Notes under the pieces: model-generated | The model's database searches: none | What the model saw: the letters and a program-made list of their open reading frames with translations, nothing else | What the model was told of the DNA's origin: nothing | IMG/VR virus record: IMGVR_UViG_3300049914_000251 | Span: 32,001 to 96,000 of that record | DNA length: 64,000 nucleotides | From: a virus | Strand: one strand, 5' to 3' | In this document: positions 17,449 through 24,827 of the stretch, piece after piece | Numbering within the stretch: the stretch's first letter is position 1 | How the letters are laid out: every line of letters starts with the position of its first letter | Made by a program: the position numbers and the translations under genes

Positions 17449-18207
17449 CTAAACCCAGGCGGGCTTTTTGTCCGCATCTGGAAGCCCCGCTATAAAATCC
17501 ACCACGCTTTGTGGCAGCGCCTTTTTCTTCCATCCGGTCCCGTACCCGTAACCGCACACCGGACATTTCTTACCCAGAACTCCCTCAGGATGTTCCTCTT
17601 CCCTTATCCAGCCACACGTCTCCGTCTTTTTCCGGTCATACACATAATTATCTTCAACTGCTTCCCTCAGCAGAGCATACTCATCTTCCCCCGGCAGTGC
17701 AACAGTATAAGGCAGCTTCAACAACACCCGTGTTTCAACTGGAATAAGAATAGGCTCTCCCGCAATCGCAGCGTCCAAAATTTCCTTTTTAGCATCTTCC
17801 TGCTTTTTCAGCACATTGGCCTGCAGCCTATAAAAGATGACCGTTATTCTTTTCTTACCCCACCGTTCGGCCTGTTGATGCTCGCAACCGGCCTGCATGT
17901 CATTCATATGCCACGCTTTCCAAATCCCAAGCAGATCAAACCACTTCTCTTTATCCCACCCCGGAGCGAAAGAAATGTCTTCTGCTTTTGTCGGAGCGGT
18001 ATATCGATAATCATTATCCTCAGGATTACGATGCTCAAACTCCATATCAATCTGCCCACAACCGCCCAAAGCGTTACCACTTTTCAAAGGTCCTATTACT
18101 CCGCTTAAGGACAGGACACCGTCTTTGATTTCAGCTGTCACGAACACGTCAGCATGCCGCCCATGTATGTTATGATTGATGATGCCTATTCTCATTACCT
18201 TCTTCAA
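17449..18207 (-). CDS. conserved phage protein
   Basis: GGCGQI, WHMNDMQAGCEHQ, CPVCGYGYGTGW motifs. Confidence 0.65.
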   Translation of the reverse strand: MKKVMRIGIINHNIHGRHADVFVTAEIKDGVLSLSGVIGPLKSGNALGGCGQIDMEFEHRNPEDNDYRYTAPTKAEDISFAPGWDKEKWFDLLGIWKAWHMNDMQAGCEHQQAERWGKKRITVIFYRLQANVLKKQEDAKKEILDAAIAGEPILIPVETRVLLKLPYTVALPGEDEYALLREAVEDNYVYDRKKTETCGWIREEEHPEGVLGKKCPVCGYGYGTGWKKKALPQSVVDFIAGLPDADKKPAWV

Positions 18208-18329
18208 TCTTACCCCTTCCTTTTATCTGCATCTGCGTACCAGTTCAAAGCTCCGCACGTCTTGCAGTCACACAATTACCATCAGTAGTCTTAACTGTGT
18301 TGATACCACCGCATTGCCCACACACATTC

Positions 18330-18911
18330 TTATTCATCGAATAAACCTTTCTCCACCCTTTCGGTAGCGAATAGTGTCACGTATCCCTCACCGCCACCTA
18401 TTGCCAGCCGCTCATAATCCACGGCTACCCTACACCCGGAATCTATCAGCTCGAGCGCCTTATCGCAAAACTGCTTCGCCGTTTCCTTACTGGTCACCTT
18501 GAAATCTATAAACCCACGTACCTTTTCGTAACCGCGCTCTTCCAGGTTCCCCCTATTGAAAAACATGCCCGGAATCCTGCATTGCTCAAACTCAGCTCTT
18601 GACAGTCCATTCTTAAAAATGTCCGCCTCGTAGCACTTCAGACAAATCTCCTCACCATCTTCCATCATATGAACGTAACTATGCCAACCGTTATGTGGAC
18701 ATTGCCTAATCACTACCCGGTCGCAATTCTCACAGATAAAATACCGGAAATCTCCCCACCCAGTATCAAAAAGTAAATCCTGACAACTCTCACCCCTATG
18801 ATTTGGATATTCCTTAACAAACGCCCTTGGCACGTTCTGATGAAGATACACTACCTTAGGTTCTTCCTGCCAAGGATCGTCATAAACCTCAAGTTTATAC
18901 ATCCTGCGCAC
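18330..18911 (-). CDS. hypothetical zinc-binding protein
   Basis: CENC...CLKC. Confidence 0.6.
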   Translation of the reverse strand: MRRMYKLEVYDDPWQEEPKVVYLHQNVPRAFVKEYPNHRGESCQDLLFDTGWGDFRYFICENCDRVVIRQCPHNGWHSYVHMMEDGEEICLKCYEADIFKNGLSRAEFEQCRIPGMFFNRGNLEERGYEKVRGFIDFKVTSKETAKQFCDKALELIDSGCRVAVDYERLAIGGGEGYVTLFATERVEKGLFDE

Positions 18912-19055
18912 ACTACCAGACCTTATGGAAAGCCTCTTTCAAAACCTCTAACCGTTCCAGCTCCGCAACCTCGTCCGGAGTCAGCTTCCTTGTTTTCCGC
19001 GTCTCCCGAAGCCACGCCAGCCTCTTACCTTTATCCTGCATCAAAAACCTCCTGT

Positions 19056-19403
19056 CTATCTCTCCGGTGGCGTCTCGTTATTTCTCCCGTGGCTCCTTAC
19101 AAACAATCCTCTTACTGCCTCAACCTGGGCAGGGTCATTAATCTTCTTTAATAAAGTCGCAGACACGTTCCAACGCGTACCATCATCGACCGCAACCTTA
19201 ATACATGTCTTACCTAACCGGTTCACCGTTCCCCTGATAAGCGTACCTCTGCCCTTGAACTCCACCCGGTCTCCTACGCTGAACGCAAACTTGGCTAACT
19301 GTTGCTTATTTCTCCAAGCCTCTTTCAGAATAGAGCCAGCCTCATGCAGCTCATCAGAAGTCGCACCTACCAACATCTCGAACAATTTAGCCTTATCTAA
19401 CAT
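19056..19403 (-). CDS. SH3-like phage protein
   Basis: FSVGDRVEF...GTV...WNVSATLL; start set downstream of the promoter. Confidence 0.6.
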   Translation of the reverse strand: MLDKAKLFEMLVGATSDELHEAGSILKEAWRNKQQLAKFAFSVGDRVEFKGRGTLIRGTVNRLGKTCIKVAVDDGTRWNVSATLLKKINDPAQVEAVRGLFVRSHGRNNETPPER

Positions 19404-19434
19404 CTCGCACTTCCTTCTAGATCTCCCTACTAAT

Positions 19435-19463
19435 ATACTACCATAAAGCTTATACGATGTCAA
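19435..19463 (-). promoter_or_regulatory. sigma70-type promoter
   Basis: TTGACA-N17-TAGTAT with TGn, just after the tRNA array. Confidence 0.78.
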
Positions 19464-19470
19464 ATGAAGC

Positions 19471-19547
19471 TGGTCGGAGTGGAAGGAATCAAACCTCCGA
19501 CAATATGGCCCCGAACCATACGCTCTATCAAACTGAGCTACACTCCG
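19471..19547 (-). tRNA. tRNA-Pro(CGG)
   Basis: Loop TTCGGGG; C1-G72, A73; CCA. Confidence 0.9.
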
Positions 19548-19551
19548 ATTG

Positions 19552-19623
19552 TGGGTCTGGTAGGATTTGAACCTACGACAGTCTGCTTAAGAGGCAGCTG
19601 CTCTACCCCTGAGCTACAAACCC
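19552..19623 (-). tRNA. tRNA-Lys(CTT)
   Basis: Loop CTCTTAA; no encoded CCA. Confidence 0.9.
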
Positions 19624-19625
19624 AA

Positions 19626-19699
19626 TGGTGGAGGTAACAGGAATCGAACCCGCGTCTACTCGGTGCAAACGAGTCGTTCTCCCTCTGAACTATACCCCC
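19626..19699 (-). tRNA. tRNA-Ala(TGC)
   Basis: Loop TTTGCAC; G3:U70; CCA. Confidence 0.92.
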
Positions 19700-19701
19700 G
19701 G

Positions 19702-19773
19702 TTGGCACGGAAGGAGTTAAACCTTCTTCCCCGATTTATAAGATCGGAGCACTGTTCGTTGTGCTACATGCCA
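19702..19773 (-). tRNA. tRNA-Ile(TAT)
   Basis: CCGAT-CTTATAA-ATCGG arm; A73; only CC encoded before tRNA-Ala. Confidence 0.8.
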
Positions 19774-19775
19774 TT

Positions 19776-19849
19776 AGATGGTGAGTGGAATCGGACCACC
19801 TTATAATAGTTTTGCAGACTACCGCCTATACCATTCGAGCCACACCATC
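19776..19849 (-). tRNA. tRNA-Cys(GCA)
   Basis: Loop CTGCAAA; U73; no CCA. Confidence 0.88.
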
Positions 19850-19852
19850 ATG

Positions 19853-19924
19853 AGTGAGAGGAGGGATTCAAACCCTCGATATCCTACATGGCAAGCAGGT
19901 GTTCTATCGCTGAACTACTCCCAC
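19853..19924 (-). tRNA. tRNA-Gly(GCC)
   Basis: Loop TTGCCAT; U73; no CCA. Confidence 0.88.
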
Positions 19925-19927
19925 ATG

Positions 19928-19999
19928 TTGGCCTGGTAAGACTCGAACTTACGACCCCTGCTTTATCAGAGCAGTGCTTTACCCCTAAGCTACAAGCCA
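19928..19999 (-). tRNA. tRNA-Ile(GAT)
   Basis: Loop CTGATAA; no CCA. Confidence 0.9.
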
Positions 20000-20008
20000 G
20001 TCTATAAG

Positions 20009-20079
20009 TAGGCACTATACGACTTGAACGTATACCCTACAGGTTCAAAGCCTGTTGCTCTGCATTGAGCTAAGTGCCT
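20009..20079 (-). tRNA. tRNA-Gln(TTG)
   Basis: Loop CTTTGAA; no CCA. Confidence 0.82.
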
Positions 20080-20083
20080 TATG

Positions 20084-20156
20084 TAGTCCCTGTAGGACTC
20101 GAACCTACAACCTCTTCCTTGTAAGGGAAAAGCTCTGTCCATTGAGCTAAGGGACT
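20084..20156 (-). tRNA. tRNA-Val(TAC)
   Basis: Loop CTTACAA; no CCA. Confidence 0.9.
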
Positions 20157-20158
20157 AT

Positions 20159-20233
20159 TGGCAGCAGAGGCAGGGGTCGAACCTGCAACCATCTCGTTAA
20201 CAGCGAGCCGCTCAACCATTGAGCTACTCTGCT
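20159..20233 (-). tRNA. tRNA-Asn(GTT)
   Basis: Loop CTGTTAA; G73; CCA. Confidence 0.9.
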
Positions 20234-20235
20234 AT

Positions 20236-20310
20236 TGGTGCTCCCAACAGGATTTGAACCTGTGTCCTTAGATTGAGAATCTAACGTCCTAACCACTAGA
20301 CTATGAGAGC
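20236..20310 (-). tRNA. tRNA-Glu(CTC)
   Basis: Loop TTCTCAA; CCA. Confidence 0.92.
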
Positions 20311-20311
20311 A

Positions 20312-20387
20312 TGGCGCACCCAGAGGGAGTCGGACCCTCCACCACTCGGTTGACAGCCGAGCATTCTAACCGCTGAACTATGAGTGC
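20312..20387 (-). tRNA. tRNA-Asp(GTC)
   Basis: Loop CTGTCAA; G73; CCA. Confidence 0.92.
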
Positions 20388-20388
20388 A

Positions 20389-20476
20389 TGGCGGGAAGTA
20401 CAGGATTTGAACCTGTGAGACTGTTACATCTAAAGATTTAGCAAACCTTCTCAATAAGCCACTCTGACAACCAATA
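20389..20476 (-). tRNA. tRNA-Ser(GCT) with mismatched 5' acceptor end (pseudogene or editing substrate)
   Basis: Intact D, anticodon (TTGCTAA), variable and T arms plus G73-CCA, but positions 1-4 (TATT) cannot pair with 69-72 (TCCC). Confidence 0.7.
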
Positions 20477-20495
20477 TATTCAGTTGTTAATGTTC
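20477..20495 (-). promoter_or_regulatory. rrn boxA-like element
   Basis: GAACATTAACAACTGAATA resembles the boxA/processing motif of bacterial rRNA spacers (GAACCTTGAAAACTGNATA-type). Confidence 0.5.
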
Positions 20496-20569
20496 TGGTA
20501 CAGGCAGGAGGAATCAGACCTCCGTTAATCGGTTAAAAGCCGACTGCTTTATCACTAAGCTATACCTGC
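20496..20569 (-). tRNA. tRNA-Lys(TTT)
   Basis: Loop CTTTTAA; atypical T-loop TCTGATT; CCA. Confidence 0.87.
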
Positions 20570-20572
20570 ACA

Positions 20573-20648
20573 TGGCTGGCTCTATACGACTTGAACGTAT
20601 AACCCCTAGCTTCAGAGGCTAGTGCTCTGCCAATTGAGCTAAGAGCCA
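20573..20648 (-). tRNA. tRNA-Gln(CTG)
   Basis: Loop CTCTGAA; U1-A72, G73; CCA. Confidence 0.88.
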
Positions 20649-20650
20649 AT

Positions 20651-20723
20651 AGCCCTCGACAGGACTTGAACCTGCGACCGTATGTTTAGGAAACATCCTC
20701 TCTTCCAACTGAGATACGAGGGC
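20651..20723 (-). tRNA. tRNA-Arg(CCT)
   Basis: Loop TTCCTAA; no CCA. Confidence 0.9.
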
Positions 20724-20724
20724 A

Positions 20725-20801
20725 TGGCATCCTCGGTGGGAGTCGGACCCACGACCCACGGTTTAGAAAACCGCTGCTCTAATCCTCTGAGCTACGAGGA
20801 C
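20725..20801 (-). tRNA. tRNA-Arg(TCT)
   Basis: Loop TTTCTAA; CCA. Confidence 0.92.
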
Positions 20802-20808
20802 AGAAATA

Positions 20809-20884
20809 TGGTGCTGGAGAGTGGAATTGGACCACCTACCCTCCCGTCTTCGGCGGGATGCTACTACCGATGAGCTACCCCAGC
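20809..20884 (-). tRNA. tRNA-Phe(GAA)
   Basis: Loop CCGAAGA (C33); CCA. Confidence 0.85.
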
Positions 20885-20887
20885 ACA

Positions 20888-20964
20888 TGGAAGGGATAGA
20901 GGGACTTGAACCCTCAACTTTCAGTTTCGAAGACTGCTGCTCTTATCCATTGAGCTATATCCCC
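20888..20964 (-). tRNA. tRNA-Arg(TCG)
   Basis: Loop CTTCGAA; CCA. Confidence 0.9.
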
Positions 20965-20972
20965 AAAATAAG

Positions 20973-21044
20973 TGCCACCAGCGAGATTCGAACTCACCTT
21001 TTCACGTTGAAAGCGTGATATACTAACCACTATGTGATGATGGC
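20973..21044 (-). tRNA. tRNA-Glu(TTC)
   Basis: Loop CTTTCAA; no CCA. Confidence 0.87.
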
Positions 21045-21047
21045 ATG

Positions 21048-21123
21048 TGGAGCTGGAGAGAGGACTTGAACCCCCAACCCGATCATTACAGGTGATCCGC
21101 TCTTCCACTTGAGCTACTCCAGC
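21048..21123 (-). tRNA. tRNA-Thr(TGT)
   Basis: Loop CCTGTAA (C33); CCA. Confidence 0.9.
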
Positions 21124-21278
21124 CAACAGAAAAGAGATAATAAAGGGCAGGCACGTCAATATCGACCGCTTAACGTCGTGCCTGCCCCTCCGCGAAATAC
21201 TTGGTACGCACTACACTTACTTCTACCATCTCGCACATCCCTCCGTTGCGTACCAAACGGAGCCGTGCCCCCAACTCA
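21124..21278 (-). ncRNA. structured leader RNA / attenuator of the tRNA array
   Basis: Several complementary blocks and a terminator hairpin between the promoter and the first tRNA (see findings). Confidence 0.6.
21139..21187 (-). terminator. intrinsic terminator in the tRNA-array leader
   Basis: GGGCAGGCACG...CGTGCCTGCCC followed by TTTATT. Confidence 0.7.
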
Positions 21279-21284
21279 GTCTTT

Positions 21285-21313
21285 AATATACCACATTACT
21301 TATTTCTTGTCAA
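21285..21313 (-). promoter_or_regulatory. sigma70-type promoter of the tRNA array
   Basis: TTGACA-N17-TATATT with TGTGn extended -10. Confidence 0.82.
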
Positions 21314-21584
21314 GACCCGGAAAAACTTCCCCATTTTCTGCACACTTCTTATCCTCCCACCTGGCAGCCACTTTACGATAGAACTCCAACTTAGCCATCT
21401 CGAGCGCCTTTATAGCATCTCCTATCATATCATAACCCCGCACTCCATAAACAGCTATGAGAAGTTTCGTAATAACATAGTTTACCTTACCATCGATATC
21501 AGGAGAATCAGGAACTAACCTGTAAACCAACTTATCAATAACCTCGTCTAAATAACCCCGCTTCACGTCTTCAATATAAGGCAT
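21300..21584 (-). CDS. conserved phage protein (DUF6899-like)
   Basis: MPYI...GKVNYVITKL...ALEMAKLEFYRKVAARWEDKKCAENGEV. Confidence 0.7.
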   Translation of the reverse strand: MPYIEDVKRGYLDEVIDKLVYRLVPDSPDIDGKVNYVITKLLIAVYGVRGYDMIGDAIKALEMAKLEFYRKVAARWEDKKCAENGEVFPGLDKK

Positions 21585-21592
21585 CTCCCCTC

Positions 21593-22288
21593 CTAGCGTG
21601 CCCGGACTTCGACCGGATCCCAATGCTCTGCCCATAAAACTAAAACTTCCACAGCTTCATCTTCGCTGTACACCACTTTTGTAGCATAATGATCCCGCCA
21701 TCCGGAAGGAACACGCTCGCCGTTCGGACCCTGTTTACAAAGAACGCACGTAGGCTTATCCTCCATGAACGTCATGTACCAGAACTCTCCCTGAGTTCCC
21801 CACGATAAATCAGATCCTGTAAGGGTTAGAACCGCGTCGCTCATCCGCATATCATGTAAGTCCCTAGACGTAATTTCCCGCATAGAAAACTTTTCGCTTA
21901 CCTCGGGAATGTCACAGCGTATCTCTTTAAGGTTTCGCAAAAAGCTCTTTCCTCGCATCGGATCCCGCACGGCTATTCCACGCTTTTCAAGCATCTTAGT
22001 AACACGAAGCCGTTGAGCTGACGCTTCCTCAAAAGACAATCCATCTATCCTTCCGGAAAGGTACACAGTAAATGGTCTGCCTGCCTCTATTCTCTTGGCA
22101 TACCGTCTGATTAAATTTACAGCGGACTCTACCGTGTCAGCTACTGCATTCGAATAGACCTGACTAATTAGAGCATATACCGCAGGATCCTCTCCCCCAA
22201 CCTTTCCGGTTAAATCCTTTGGGATCTCTTTCTTAACCAGCTCCTGAATCTTAAATATCAACTCCGTCAATCTTGTTGGATCGGCCAT
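21593..22288 (-). CDS. nucleoside 2-deoxyribosyltransferase-like protein
   Basis: VYLSGRI...DPMRGK...RDLHDMRMSDAVL...SWGTQGE. Confidence 0.75.
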   Translation of the reverse strand: MADPTRLTELIFKIQELVKKEIPKDLTGKVGGEDPAVYALISQVYSNAVADTVESAVNLIRRYAKRIEAGRPFTVYLSGRIDGLSFEEASAQRLRVTKMLEKRGIAVRDPMRGKSFLRNLKEIRCDIPEVSEKFSMREITSRDLHDMRMSDAVLTLTGSDLSWGTQGEFWYMTFMEDKPTCVLCKQGPNGERVPSGWRDHYATKVVYSEDEAVEVLVLWAEHWDPVEVRAR

Positions 22289-22311
22289 TTAACCTTCCTT
22301 ATTCTAATACA

Positions 22312-22848
22312 CTACCTTCTTACAGGAGGTACTCTCATCCCGGGCTTCACGCCACGAAGAAGTTCGCTTTGTATCCCAGATTTAACCTTCAACTCCTCCT
22401 CTTGCATTTCGAACTGCTTGTTAAGAATATAATTAACGCGAACCTTCAGAAACTCAGCTACCGCCATCATCTGCAAATTCATAACCCCCGGATGAAATCC
22501 AGCTGCCTCTATAGAGAATTGAATAGACTCGGCAGATTTGAACTGGATTATCAACGTAGGCTGCTTCACTTCAGGCTCTACACACGCCGGACAGCTTATT
22601 TCTTTAGTTCCGTTACATGCCGGACACTTGGGATTTGGTTTACTCTTACACACAGGACATTCAAGCTTCTGCTTGCCCTTGCACAGATCGCAAATAGGAG
22701 GGGTCTCTGCCTTAATCTCCCCAGCAACTAACTCTCCCGGCGCTCCCAATTCACCAGGCTCTCCTACCTTTTCCCCAACAGGACCTACCTCAGGCTCCCC
22801 GGCCACAGCTCCCGCACCATCATTGACTTGCACTTTAATCTCTTCCAA
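22312..22848 (-). CDS. DnaJ-type zinc-finger protein
   Basis: CDLCKG...CPVC...CPACNG...CPAC; no J-domain. Confidence 0.65.
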   Translation of the reverse strand: MEEIKVQVNDGAGAVAGEPEVGPVGEKVGEPGELGAPGELVAGEIKAETPPICDLCKGKQKLECPVCKSKPNPKCPACNGTKEISCPACVEPEVKQPTLIIQFKSAESIQFSIEAAGFHPGVMNLQMMAVAEFLKVRVNYILNKQFEMQEEELKVKSGIQSELLRGVKPGMRVPPVRR

Positions 22849-23653
22849 CTTGACCTCCTAATCTACTTAATTTCCTAACCTCATGATAAGCCACAGGAGG
22901 ATATTCACTATTCCTGAGACCATCAATGTCCTCTACTTTAATTTTAACGCCATCGGCACTTATTAAAATGTCCTTAAAAAAACTACCTGCCCACATCACA
23001 AACGGAAATGCCTTCACAGCCCCATACATCTCCACCTGCCTGTCCACTTCCTCAGGAGTAACATCGCCCGCCTCAAGATCGCGCTTCTCCCAATCCGAAG
23101 CATATCTTCCTGTAGTACAGTACTTCTGCAGCCACTCCGTATTTGTTATCACCGCAAGATACACCACGTGTTCCCACGGCACAGGATTAGTTGTAGACAC
23201 ACAACGAGCCTTCTCCAAACTGGATCTCCACGATATTTTAAGCATCATATCTAATACCTGCTCAGGATAAGCTAAATCCGTCCCCAGCTTCTTACACCGC
23301 AGCAACTCCTTAGTGAGCCTTTTCTTGGCTTCCCTAGAATACATCACAAATCCAATATCAGGAGCCAAATACTTCCGCAATAATGCCACGCTGAGAAAAC
23401 ATGGCAACCCCTCAGACTCAGGGTCCTGCCGCCATCTGTGATATGCCCTCATAAGATGCCACTTAGTAGTGAAATGAAATGCCCTGACCCCACTTACGTT
23501 ATATATCACTTCAGCCACAGAAGGCTTAGTCGAATTCACTATGCACAAAGGAGGATCCGGCTTTGCAAACCCCTCTGCCCTTATCCTTTGCATAACATCA
23601 GCTGTAGTAGTACCATACATTAATCTAATCATCTTTCTCCTTGTTAAAACCAT
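22835..23653 (-). CDS. hypothetical protein, possible ADP-ribosyltransferase fold
   Basis: RLMYGTT...RIRAEGF and FHFTT resemble ART YHGT...I...GF / YFT strands. Confidence 0.4.
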   Translation of the reverse strand: MVLTRRKMIRLMYGTTTADVMQRIRAEGFAKPDPPLCIVNSTKPSVAEVIYNVSGVRAFHFTTKWHLMRAYHRWRQDPESEGLPCFLSVALLRKYLAPDIGFVMYSREAKKRLTKELLRCKKLGTDLAYPEQVLDMMLKISWRSSLEKARCVSTTNPVPWEHVVYLAVITNTEWLQKYCTTGRYASDWEKRDLEAGDVTPEEVDRQVEMYGAVKAFPFVMWAGSFFKDILISADGVKIKVEDIDGLRNSEYPPVAYHEVRKLSRLGGQVGRD

Positions 23654-23933
23654 TTGCTATCTGCTCTATCTCATCCAGAGGATTCACATCCGGCACCAGC
23701 TCTACCAAACCCTTGGCCATAGCCCGCTCCCTAAGAAATCGCTGAACCGCCTCTTCCTTAATCACGATTGCAGCGGATCCGATACGAAATATATCTTCAC
23801 CGGCTACAAACCTATTCTTATGAACTAACTGATTGACACGATTCGCCGTAATTCCCAGCCTATCAGCCACTTCAGGCACTGTAAGTAGCCCAGGATACTT
23901 GGGCAAATTTCCATTATTCAAACCGGACTTCAT
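23625..23933 (-). CDS. helix-turn-helix (excisionase-like) DNA-binding protein
   Basis: LLTVPEVADRLGITANRVNQLV. Confidence 0.75.
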   Translation of the reverse strand: MKSGLNNGNLPKYPGLLTVPEVADRLGITANRVNQLVHKNRFVAGEDIFRIGSAAIVIKEEAVQRFLRERAMAKGLVELVPDVNPLDEIEQIANGFNKEKDD

Positions 23934-23951
23934 CTTTACTCCTATTATATT

Positions 23952-24512
23952 TTATACCTTTGCTTGTGGGGTCTTGTAGTTTACCCAGCCCGCTACTGCC
24001 TTATCGTACCACTCCCGCAGCTTTTGAGTATCCTGAACCGCCCCGGTACGCAAACCTTCCACGATTTCATCGTACTCTATAAATAGTGGAGCCAACAACT
24101 TAACCCGCACATCCGGCCAATACTTTAATATAAATTCTCGCATCATCACCCATGCCAGTTCCATCCTATCCCGCTTCTCATTATGCTTCTTCACACTCTC
24201 CATAGACTGCCAGAACTTTGTAACATAACTAGAACGAAGTTCCTGAATCCCGAACCACTCCTGAATCTTATTTACCGCATTTGGCAGATCACAGTTCTCC
24301 ATCGCCATAACAACGTCAATACAATCATAAGATCTGCTGCATGCCCCGAAACAGTGCAATTTATTCGCATCAGGATATATCCTCAACGACGGCTTAGTAT
24401 CCGCATGAAGAAAACAGTTTATAGAATGCTCGAAATTACCCTGATGCCTTATCCCATAATGATCAAGAATGTCAAAAATATTTACCGACGTCTTTATCTG
24501 ATTAATGTCCAT
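23952..24512 (-). CDS. CHC2 primase zinc-finger protein
   Basis: CFLHADTKPSLRIY...HCFGAC...DCIDVVMAMEN. Confidence 0.85.
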   Translation of the reverse strand: MDINQIKTSVNIFDILDHYGIRHQGNFEHSINCFLHADTKPSLRIYPDANKLHCFGACSRSYDCIDVVMAMENCDLPNAVNKIQEWFGIQELRSSYVTKFWQSMESVKKHNEKRDRMELAWVMMREFILKYWPDVRVKLLAPLFIEYDEIVEGLRTGAVQDTQKLREWYDKAVAGWVNYKTPQAKV

Positions 24513-24827
24513 TTACTTCTTCCTTTTCTTTGCGTCTGCCAGCTGCTCATATAAACACTTGCAACTCAACATTCCCACCAGATGCATTTTAGCTTTCTTA
24601 GTTTTTGCTTCCTTAATAAGTTTAATTGTTCCAAGCATTTTAAGATATTCAGATATGTAAAAAGCTGCACTGACGTGAACATTGGCCCAATGAGAGTTCC
24701 AATCAAACTCATCATCAACAGCACAGTACATGATATGAATACCAGCAGCGCGTTCACTTTGTTGTACTGTTTCGTTAGGAGATAAAAGACTACCAGGCTT
24801 TTCCCCATATTCTCCCTGTTCCATCAC
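24513..24827 (-). CDS. hypothetical protein
   Basis: Coupled to both neighbours; AT-rich 3' half. Confidence 0.5.
   Translation of the reverse strand: MMEQGEYGEKPGSLLSPNETVQQSERAAGIHIMYCAVDDEFDWNSHWANVHVSAAFYISEYLKMLGTIKLIKEAKTKKAKMHLVGMLSCKCLYEQLADAKKRKK

Noticed and set aside
20682-21518. ORFs across the tRNA array and its leader
   Set aside because: Region is explained by tRNAs and structured RNA
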